A DNA stretch of 6,647 nucleotides, taken from Nanobdellota archaeon. Lineage in GTDB: Archaea > Nanobdellota > Nanobdellia > Pacearchaeales > GW2011-AR1. Positions 1 through 4,768 of the stretch are shown here, piece by piece. The notes under the pieces were generated by a model, which was given only the letters and a program-made list of their open reading frames with translations, did not search any database and was not told the DNA's origin. Each line of letters begins with the position of its first letter. The first letter of the stretch is position 1. The position numbers were made by a program, and so were the translations under genes. Location: positions 1-6,647 of the forward strand of contig JAHIEM010000099.1 in assembly GCA_018901625.1 (NCBI GenBank), read 5' to 3'.

Positions 1-382
1 CATTTGAGATGTCTTGGGATACTGTTCGGATAGTACACTCTTTTTCATTCTGTTCTGCAATAACAAATCCTATGAATGCGTTCTTGATTATCTCTCCTAT
101 TGTTTTTACAGCAGAGAGATTGTCGTATTTTATTTTTATTATGTCACATCCCATTTTATACAAGCTCGCAAGATACCATCCAGTTGTCCTGTTGTTTAAA
201 TTGCTTATGTCAATCTCTATCTTTTTCTCTTCTTTTTTTCCTCTTCCTCCAATTACCAGCTCGCTTCCTCTCTCTTCCACATCTATCTCATCGCCTTTCT
301 TTATGCCCTGCTGCTTTACCCATTTTGAGGGTAAACTAACCACGATTGTCTGTTTTGCGAGCTGGATTGCTTTTCTTTTCAT
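1..382 (-). CDS. AbrB/SpoVT-domain DNA-binding protein; N-terminal 127 codons only, the 3' end runs off the left edge
   Basis: This ORF is not in the supplied track because it has no stop in the window. My reverse-complement translation from the ATG at 382-380 gives MKRKAIQLAKQTIVVSLPSKWVKQQGIKKGDEIDVEERGSELVIGGRGKKEEKKIEIDISNLNNRTTGWYLASLYKMGCDIIKIKYDNLSAVKTIGEIIKNAFIGFVIAEQNEKECTIRTVSQDISN, and the frame stays open to position 2. The stretch 'VVSLPSKWVKQQGIKKGDEIDVEERGSELVI' fits the SpoVT/AbrB (MazE-like) swapped-hairpin signature. A TATATAAA box on this strand (404-411) ends 21 nt before the ATG. The plus-strand ORFs listed here are low-complexity antisense shadows. Confidence 0.7.
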   Translation of the reverse strand, partial: MKRKAIQLAKQTIVVSLPSKWVKQQGIKKGDEIDVEERGSELVIGGRGKKEEKKIEIDISNLNNRTTGWYLASLYKMGCDIIKIKYDNLSAVKTIGEIIKNAFIGFVIAEQNEKECTIRTVSQDISN

Positions 383-403
383 AAATTAGTAAATTAGAAG
401 GAA

Positions 404-411
404 TATATAAA
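404..411 (-). promoter_or_regulatory. Archaeal TATA box for the minus-strand AbrB-like gene
   Basis: The plus strand reads tatataaa, which is tttatata on the minus strand. Exactly 21 nt separate the box from the ATG at 382. The plus-strand boxes at 463-470, 3003-3010 and 6218-6225 have the same 21-nt geometry. Confidence 0.5.
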
Positions 412-423
412 TTTATCTGTTTT

Positions 424-456
424 TATATACTATAAGGTAGTATATATACTTTAAGG
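424..456. repeat. Two copies of a 14-nt direct repeat in the divergent promoter region (TATATACTATAAGG and TATATACTTTAAGG)
   Basis: The copies lie at 424-437 and 443-456. They match at 13 of 14 positions and start 19 nt apart, between the two divergent TATA boxes. This makes them a candidate operator. Confidence 0.4.
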
Positions 457-462
457 AAAAGA

Positions 463-470
463 TATATAAA
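463..470 (+). promoter_or_regulatory. Archaeal TATA box for the four-gene operon
   Basis: The sequence is tatataaa and ends 21 nt before the ATG at 492. This implies a leaderless first cistron. Confidence 0.5.
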
Positions 471-491
471 CTTTCTGTAGTTAGTCTTTTT

Positions 492-812
492 ATGAAAAGT
501 AAAGTTTTGCTTGGAATCTTGTCATTTGGGATTCTTTTTCTTGTTTTAGTCAGTTCTATTGAAGGTGTAACTGCTGTTAGTTTCAGCAAGGGGGATCTTG
601 TTAAGGTTATCAATGCAGGAAGTATAGGTCTTGCGGTGAGAGGTCCGACTGCTTGCAGTCCATCTTTGCAAAAGGCAAGATATGATGGTTACACTGGGTA
701 TGTAATGGACGGGCCAGATAGCAGTTGTGGGGACGGGTATACTCGTTGGAAAATACACTGGGATATTGATAGTGTTGAGGGTTGGACTATTGATACTTAT
801 GGAGGCAACTGA
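492..812 (+). CDS. Small secreted protein with a bacterial-SH3-like (SH3b / SH3_3-type) domain
   Basis: This is the 106-aa track ORF. The N-terminus MKSKVLLGILSFGILFLVLVSSIEGVTA looks like a signal peptide, with a Lys-rich n-region followed by a hydrophobic core. The mature part, GDLVKVINAGSIGLAVRGPTACSPSLQKARYDGYTGYVMDGP...GYTRWKIHWDIDSVEGWTIDTY, follows the SH3b pattern (G-D-x-V, hydrophobic-x-V-R-x-G-P, G-x-x-G-x-V, W-x-(V/I), G-W). It has two Cys residues (C55 and C79 of the precursor). Confidence 0.6.
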   Translation: MKSKVLLGILSFGILFLVLVSSIEGVTAVSFSKGDLVKVINAGSIGLAVRGPTACSPSLQKARYDGYTGYVMDGPDSSCGDGYTRWKIHWDIDSVEGWTIDTYGGN

Positions 813-815
813 AAA

Positions 816-1238
816 ATGGTACGAGCATTAGTTGTTGAGGACCATGATAAATGGCAAAAGTTTCATAAAAATTGTCTAGAATCTATTTTAGGAAAAGGAA
901 GTGTAGATATTGCAAATAATTACGAGGATGCTATCTCTATGTTAAATCAAGATTATGGGGTGTATATCATAGATGGGCAATTTCTCAGATGTCCTGATGG
1001 TGACCTACAGGTATTGGGAATTCAATTAGCCAAAGAAATTGGAAAGAAAGAAGGTAGTTATGATAAAATTGTAATGGTAAGCAGCAGCGAGGATAGTTTA
1101 TCCAGAGCGCAAAGACTAGGAATAACCCAAGTTTATAATAAATTTTCTCTAAATGCTGACGAAAATGAAGTTGGTGTTTTTTCACGAGATTTGAGGGCTT
1201 TTTTATTAGATACTGAAGCTACTTTATGTGCGGGTTAA
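816..1238 (+). CDS. Stand-alone CheY-like receiver (REC) domain protein with no output domain
   Basis: The ORF encodes 140 aa. GGAGG at 801-805 lies 10 nt upstream of the ATG, and the start is 3 nt after the upstream stop. The REC landmarks are in register: acidic pocket E8-D9 (ALVVEDHD), putative phospho-acceptor D53 (VYIIDGQF), S89-S91 at the end of beta4 (IVMVSSS), and K109 (VYNKF). Confidence 0.75.
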   Translation: MVRALVVEDHDKWQKFHKNCLESILGKGSVDIANNYEDAISMLNQDYGVYIIDGQFLRCPDGDLQVLGIQLAKEIGKKEGSYDKIVMVSSSEDSLSRAQRLGITQVYNKFSLNADENEVGVFSRDLRAFLLDTEATLCAG

Positions 1239-1244
1239 ATTAAG

Positions 1245-2348
1245 ATGATAGACAAAAATTTTGAAGCAACCAAAAGCAGACATTCAGATATATCTGATTT
1301 GGAATTACATTTTTATAACATGAAATATCGGGGAATAAATGACTCTGTAATGGAGTCTGGAGGTGATAGACCAATTTTTTATCTTTTTGATGACAAAAAT
1401 TTTGGGTTGATTTCGTTTATGCTTTCTGAAGATTCTCCTTATAGGATACATAAAGACCGGATACTGTTTAATGATGAAGAATTAAATTTCAGGAATATTC
1501 TTTTTACTCGTTTAGGAAATACATTGCCGTATTATTATTTTAGAGGACCTCATGGAATGTTTCCAAGTTTGCAGGATAGTAAAATTCTTAATGTAAATTT
1601 TAATCCTAAATGCGGCGGATGTGACTTTTGTTTTTACGTATACAGGACTAAACAACTAGAAAATATCACTCCCCAACAAGGTTTTAAAAAAATTGAAGCA
1701 GAAACAGGATTAAATGAACTTAGCTGCCTGGATGAGATAGCTATTGTTACTGGGAGATTTGAATCTGAGGATATGTTAAAAGTTCACATTTTGGATGTAA
1801 TCAATCAGGCAGAAGAAAGAGGATTTGATGGAAGAATTTTTTATATTGGATCACAGTTGGTGACTCCTAGTTGTATAGGGGAAATTTCAAAGAGATTAAA
1901 AAATGATTCAGATAGGTTCAGGTGTGCTTATACTATTGAACGATTCTTTGATAGAAGTTCTATCATGCATGGATCTAAAGGAAAGAAAGATTATCCCGAG
2001 ATATTAAGTGATATGAAAAATCTTAAGAATCTTGGCGTAGGCAAATTAGAGTATACTTATCTTGTAGGTATTGAGGACTTTGATGAATTTAAACAAGGTG
2101 CTGAGGAATTAGTTCATATCGCTATACCTCATATCTCTATTCTGAGAAAGACAGGTCGAAATGCAAATCAATTAACATTGTCAAGGGATTATGTTGAAGG
2201 CGGGCCTGATTATATCTGCCAGATAAGAAAACATTATGAGGATTTATACGGTGGCAAGATTATAGGAAATAATTTTGCGAATCTATGGCTTTTTCCGATT
2301 AGTGACTTTAATTTTTCATCTTATTTAAATCGCTTATCTTCAGTTTGA
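1245..2348 (+). CDS. Radical-SAM-like enzyme with a non-canonical CX2CX2C cluster motif and a roughly 110-aa N-terminal extension of unknown function
   Basis: The ORF encodes 367 aa and starts 6 nt after the REC stop. ILNVNFNPKCGGCDFCFYVY (C123, C126, C129; nt 1611-1631) sits after a beta-strand, as in radical SAM enzymes, and keeps the aromatic residue before the last Cys. However, the first spacing is 2 residues rather than 3. Downstream there are alternating strand-like segments (EIAIVTGRFE, RIFYIGSQL, RCAYTIERF, LEYTYLVGIEDF, IPHISILRKTG) consistent with a partial TIM barrel. There is no C-terminal Cys cluster, so no SPASM or twitch domain. The gene call is firm and the family call is tentative. 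Confidence 0.6.
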   Translation: MIDKNFEATKSRHSDISDLELHFYNMKYRGINDSVMESGGDRPIFYLFDDKNFGLISFMLSEDSPYRIHKDRILFNDEELNFRNILFTRLGNTLPYYYFRGPHGMFPSLQDSKILNVNFNPKCGGCDFCFYVYRTKQLENITPQQGFKKIEAETGLNELSCLDEIAIVTGRFESEDMLKVHILDVINQAEERGFDGRIFYIGSQLVTPSCIGEISKRLKNDSDRFRCAYTIERFFDRSSIMHGSKGKKDYPEILSDMKNLKNLGVGKLEYTYLVGIEDFDEFKQGAEELVHIAIPHISILRKTGRNANQLTLSRDYVEGGPDYICQIRKHYEDLYGGKIIGNNFANLWLFPISDFNFSSYLNRLSSV

Positions 2349-2380
2349 AATTCAATAATTGTAAGGGGGTAAATGAAAAA

Positions 2381-2938
2381 ATGGGAAACTATAAAACAAC
2401 AAACACTACGGGTGCATCAGATGTTTTATTTGGGATACGCACATCTAAGGCAGAAGATCGTCGTACTGGAGAAGCTGGAAGGGGAGCAGGATTTACACAA
2501 GATGAAGCTGACAAAAGTGCATTTAGTCATCTTAAAGGAGCAGATCCTAATGATTCTCGTTATGAGGGGGGCGATAGTGGCGAAGGTTCTGGAGGAAGTT
2601 CGGGAGGAGATTCTGGAGGAAGCTGCTGTTATGTAACAACTGCATGTTTAGACGCACTGGGTTTGCCGAGAGATTCGCTGGAAATGAGAGCAATGAAAAC
2701 TCTCACAAGAGAGCATATACTCAAATCCTTTAGTGGAAAGAGAGATTATGTTTTGTACGGAAGAAAAGGACCTTTAATTGTTCAGGCAATAGGAGCAAGA
2801 GAAGATTCTCAAGGAATCTGGAAACGGATTTATGAAAAATTGCAAGATGTAACTTCTAGTGTTTTGTCTAGTAACTATGAGAGAGGTCATCAACTGTATA
2901 AAGAGTTAATCTTAGGACTAGAGGCGCAATTTGTCTGA
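2381..2938 (+). CDS. Bipartite protein of unknown function: a disordered Gly/Ser/Asp-rich N-terminal half (residues 1-81) joined to a helical C-terminal domain that begins CCYVTTAC
   Basis: The track ORF starts at a TTG at 2345. I prefer the ATG at 2381, because AAGGGGGT at 2363-2370 lies 10 nt upstream of it. This gives 185 aa: MGNYKTTNTTGASDVLFGIRTSKAEDRRTGEAGRGAGFTQDEADKSAFSHLKGADPNDSRYEGGDSGEGSGGSSGGDSGGS-CCYVTTACLDALGLPRDSLEMRAMKTLTREHIL.... By hand count, roughly four fifths of third codon positions in this frame are A/T and first positions are G-rich. That supports this frame over the overlapping frame at 2373-2636. Confidence 0.7.
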   Translation: MGNYKTTNTTGASDVLFGIRTSKAEDRRTGEAGRGAGFTQDEADKSAFSHLKGADPNDSRYEGGDSGEGSGGSSGGDSGGSCCYVTTACLDALGLPRDSLEMRAMKTLTREHILKSFSGKRDYVLYGRKGPLIVQAIGAREDSQGIWKRIYEKLQDVTSSVLSSNYERGHQLYKELILGLEAQFV

Positions 2939-2950
2939 TAATACAATTTA

Positions 2951-2972
2951 TTCTTTTTTTCTTTTTTTCTTT
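2951..2972 (+). terminator. Oligo-T terminator region after the four-gene operon
   Basis: Two T7 runs (2954-2960 and 2962-2968) follow directly after the stop at 2938. Archaeal RNA polymerase terminates at oligo-T tracts. No comparable tract lies between genes 1 to 4. Confidence 0.5.
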
Positions 2973-2992
2973 GGTTCAATCTCGCTTGAACC
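2973..2992. promoter_or_regulatory. Perfect 7-bp inverted repeat GGTTCAA-N6-TTGAACC, a candidate operator just upstream of the ArsR-type gene promoter
   Basis: ggttcaa (2973-2979), tctcgc, ttgaacc (2986-2992). It ends 10 nt before the TATA box at 3003-3010. Dimeric wHTH regulators typically bind dyads of this kind. A terminator hairpin is the alternative reading. Confidence 0.35.
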
Positions 2993-3002
2993 TATCAAAC
3001 TG

Positions 3003-3010
3003 TTTATAAA
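3003..3010 (+). promoter_or_regulatory. Archaeal TATA box for the wHTH/SIMPL operon
   Basis: The sequence is tttataaa and ends 21 nt before the ATG at 3032. The ATG at 3023 is only 12 nt away, which argues for 3032 as the leaderless start. Confidence 0.45.
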
Positions 3011-3031
3011 TCTCAATTATCTATGTTTTTT

Positions 3032-3613
3032 ATGAATAATAAATACGTGCTGGTTTCATTTGATGATGAGAGAATGAAGAGCATTTCTGAGGTTTTAGGA
3101 AATGCGTCGTGCAAGAAGATTTTGAACTTGCTGGCTGAGAGGAACTCATCTGAAACTGATATTTCTCGCGAGTTGGGAATGCCTCTGAATACAGTTGGGT
3201 ATAATGTTAAAAAATTAGTTGAAGCTGGGCTGATTGAGAGAGCAGAACATTTCTGGAGTGTGAAGGGGAAGAAGATACCTGTTTATAGAGTTTCTCAGAA
3301 ATCAATTGTTATTTCTCCTAGGCAGAAAACAAAAACTGCACTAAAATTGCTTCCTGTTCTGATAGTTTCTGGAATAGCAGCTCTACTGATAAGGTTCTTT
3401 AGTTTTTCTGAAAAAGCGATGTTATCTGTTAATGACAAGGTTGCGGGGGCGAGTTTAGAATCTGCTCCTTCTGCTGGTGTTAATTTGGCAAGTTATTCTT
3501 TATGGGACAAGATAATTTCCCTGCCTGCTTGGGAGTGGTTTTTAGCTGGGGCTTTATTCTCTTTGATTGTTTATTTTGTTTTTAGTCTAATAGCTGAAAG
3601 GAGGAAATTTTAG
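3032..3613 (+). CDS. Membrane-anchored ArsR-family winged-helix transcription regulator-like protein
   Basis: The ORF encodes 193 aa from MNNKY. The track start at 3023 would add MFF. The N-terminal wHTH region is ISEVLGNASCKKILNLLAERNSSETDISRELGMPLNTVGYNVKKLVEAGLIERAE...KKIPVYRV (ArsR / HTH_5-like). Two hydrophobic helices follow: LKLLPVLIVSGIAALLIRFF and WEWFLAGALFSLIVYFVFSLIA. Confidence 0.75.
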   Translation: MNNKYVLVSFDDERMKSISEVLGNASCKKILNLLAERNSSETDISRELGMPLNTVGYNVKKLVEAGLIERAEHFWSVKGKKIPVYRVSQKSIVISPRQKTKTALKLLPVLIVSGIAALLIRFFSFSEKAMLSVNDKVAGASLESAPSAGVNLASYSLWDKIISLPAWEWFLAGALFSLIVYFVFSLIAERRKF

Positions 3614-3614
3614 A

Positions 3615-4355
3615 ATGGAAAAATCAGTTCAAATAACTTTGATAATTGCTGCTGCTATAATCATAGTTGCGCTTATTGGGGTATACTCCTTTTTCCAGGT
3701 TATGCCTGTAACTAGGAATACTGTGAATGTTCAGGGAACTAGCCAGGTTAAGGCTGTTCCTGACTTAGTTAGTTTGTATTTCTCTGTGCAGACTCAAGGA
3801 ACTAGCAGCCAGGAAGCTAATGATAAGAACTCGGAGATTGTTGATAATGTTATTACTAACTTAGTCAAGCTGGGATTTGAGAGAAAGGAGATAACTACTG
3901 AAGGATTTAATGTTTATCCTGATTATTCCTGGAGCAGTGGGCAACAGAAACTTATTGGATATAAAGCATCTCATAATATCAAGCTAGAGATGTCAACTTC
4001 TAGAACTGATAAAATCGGTGGAGCTATTGATGCTGGCGTAGATGCAGGGGCATTAGTAAGATATATTAATTTTGAGTTGAGTGTTGAAAAACAAAATGAG
4101 TATAAGGCTCTTGCTTTGAAACAAGCTTCAGAAGATGCGAGAATAAAAGCTGAATCTGTTGCTAGTGGATTAGGAAAGAGAGTTGGAAGCTTGGTTTCAG
4201 TATCTGTGTCAGATTTTGGATATTCTCCTTGGGCTCTATATAGCAATGATGCTATGGTTTCAGGAGCAGCAGAGGCAAAATCAGCAACTACAAGCATACA
4301 GCCTGGAGAAAAAGACATAAACGCAAATGTTCAGGCAGTTTTCAGCCTCAAGTGA
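3615..4355 (+). CDS. SIMPL (DUF541) domain protein with an N-terminal membrane anchor
   Basis: The ORF encodes 246 aa. GGAGG at 3600-3604 lies 10 nt upstream of the ATG, and the start is 1 nt after the upstream stop. The N-terminal TM segment is ITLIIAAAIIIVALIGVYSFF. The SIMPL hallmarks are present: V.G......PD......FSV......A.EA, YPDY, GY.ASH...L, ALKQASEDARIKAE..A..LG and the C-terminal IQPGEKDINANVQAVFSL. Confidence 0.8.
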   Translation: MEKSVQITLIIAAAIIIVALIGVYSFFQVMPVTRNTVNVQGTSQVKAVPDLVSLYFSVQTQGTSSQEANDKNSEIVDNVITNLVKLGFERKEITTEGFNVYPDYSWSSGQQKLIGYKASHNIKLEMSTSRTDKIGGAIDAGVDAGALVRYINFELSVEKQNEYKALALKQASEDARIKAESVASGLGKRVGSLVSVSVSDFGYSPWALYSNDAMVSGAAEAKSATTSIQPGEKDINANVQAVFSLK

Positions 4356-4363
4356 AAGACATA

Positions 4364-4380
4364 AATTTTTATTAATTTTT
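4364..4380 (+). terminator. Oligo-T tracts after the SIMPL gene
   Basis: The sequence aaatttttattaattttt has T5 runs at 4366-4370 and 4376-4380, directly after the stop at 4353-4355. Confidence 0.4.
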
Positions 4381-4399
4381 GTATGTCTTTCCCAGGATG

Positions 4400-4691
4400 T
4401 CAAAATCGTAAGATTTTGAGCACTGTCAGAACCTCAAAGTCGCAAACGAGTTAGTTTCAGCGTCATTTGCTATGAGATAATTTTTTACTATTTCTTTTAT
4501 TTTTTATTTTTATTTAGTTAGTCTAAAGAAAACCTACTGAACGTGCAAATATAACAATTCACCTATAATCCTATTTAGACTTCAAAAATCCTTGACCCTC
4601 CTTGTTTGAACATGGAGTTGCGTTGGATTTTTGACAGTGTTCAAGAACCGCACGGCGTTTCACGCCTTGGACTTCAGTCCACGGTTCTTGA
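4400..4691. repeat. Cluster of related perfect palindromes and an inverted repeat flanking an AT-rich tract. Unclassified; it could be a structured RNA, a MITE or IS remnant, or a protein-binding array
   Basis: Hairpin A is TCAAAATC (4400-4407), GTAA, GATTTTGA (4412-4419). Hairpin B1 is TCAAAAATCC (4582-4591), 33 nt, GGATTTTTGA (4625-4634). Hairpin B2 is TCAAGAACCG (4641-4650), 31 nt, CGGTTCTTGA (4682-4691). The B2 loop itself folds into GGCGT-TTC-ACGCC (4654-4666) and TGGAC-TTCA-GTCCA (4668-4681). The arms of A, B1 and B2 are mutually similar. An inverted repeat, TTGAGCACTGTCA (4416-4428) and TGACAGTGTTCAA (4632-4644), matches at 12 of 13 positions. The tract at about 4475-4530 is almost pure A/T. 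Confidence 0.5.
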
Positions 4692-4740
4692 CATAGGTTA
4701 AAGAATAGATTGTCAGCTTCTGCTTGATTTTTAGATATCT

Positions 4741-4748
4741 TTTTATAT
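4741..4748 (+). promoter_or_regulatory. Archaeal TATA box for gatD
   Basis: The sequence is ttttatat and ends 20 nt before the ATG at 4769. This supports 4769 as the start rather than the upstream TTG at 4724. Confidence 0.4.
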
Positions 4749-4768
4749 CTTCATTGTTTGTGTTTTTC

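Noticed and set aside
9-389. Plus-strand track ORFs of 126 aa (9-389), 61 aa (14-199) and 79 aa (100-339)
   Set aside because: Their translations are low-complexity and rich in Phe, Ser, Leu and Cys, with no recognisable domain. They lie antisense to a clean AbrB/SpoVT-domain ORF that has its own TATA box at the expected distance, so I treat them as shadow ORFs.
413-613. Minus-strand 66-aa ORF spanning the divergent promoter and the start of gene 1
   Set aside because: It runs through both TATA boxes and lies antisense to the signal-peptide region. It has no start context and an implausible composition.
546-758. Minus-strand 70-aa ORF antisense to the SH3b-like gene
   Set aside because: It is entirely nested antisense within a better-supported CDS and has no promoter or SD signal.
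985-1185. Minus-strand 66-aa ORF antisense to the receiver gene
   Set aside because: It is an antisense shadow of a CDS with clear REC landmarks.
2345-2380. Track start of gene 4 at the TTG at 2345, overlapping the stop of gene 3
   Set aside because: The extension (MKFNNCKGVNEK) contains the SD-like AAGGGGGT, which is properly spaced for the ATG at 2381, so the ATG start is more likely.
2373-2636. Alternative-frame 87-aa ORF (MKKWETIKQQ...EEAAVM) covering the disordered half of gene 4 and stopping just after the CC codons
   Set aside because: The coincidence is tempting and could suggest a frameshift fusion or an overlapping gene. However, its ATG is only 2 nt from the GGGGGT site. Its third codon positions are the G-rich first positions of the gene-4 frame. 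The gene-4 frame shows the third-position A/T bias expected for this genome. The purine-rich, T-poor Gly/Ser/Asp/Glu coding sequence naturally lacks stops in other frames. Ribosome profiling would be needed to exclude it fully.
3971-4318. Minus-strand 115-aa ORF antisense to the SIMPL gene
   Set aside because: It is an antisense shadow of a CDS with a full-length SIMPL signature. It is rich in Ala, Ser and Leu, which reflects the complement of the sense codons.
4590-4692. Possible tRNA, C/D-box sRNA or hammerhead ribozyme in the GC-richer palindromic segment
   Set aside because: There is no GTTCRANYC T-loop with a matching 5-bp T-stem on either strand. There is no RUGAUGA / CUGA box pair at sRNA spacing. 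The three-way junction has almost no unpaired nucleotides, so it cannot hold the hammerhead catalytic core.
4724-4768. N-terminal extension of GatD from the TTG at 4724 (MIFRYLFISSLFVFF)
   Set aside because: The extension overlaps the TATA box at 4741-4748. It would add a hydrophobic segment that I do not recall in GatD, and MEAKPGDRV from the ATG at 4769 reads like a GatD N-terminus.
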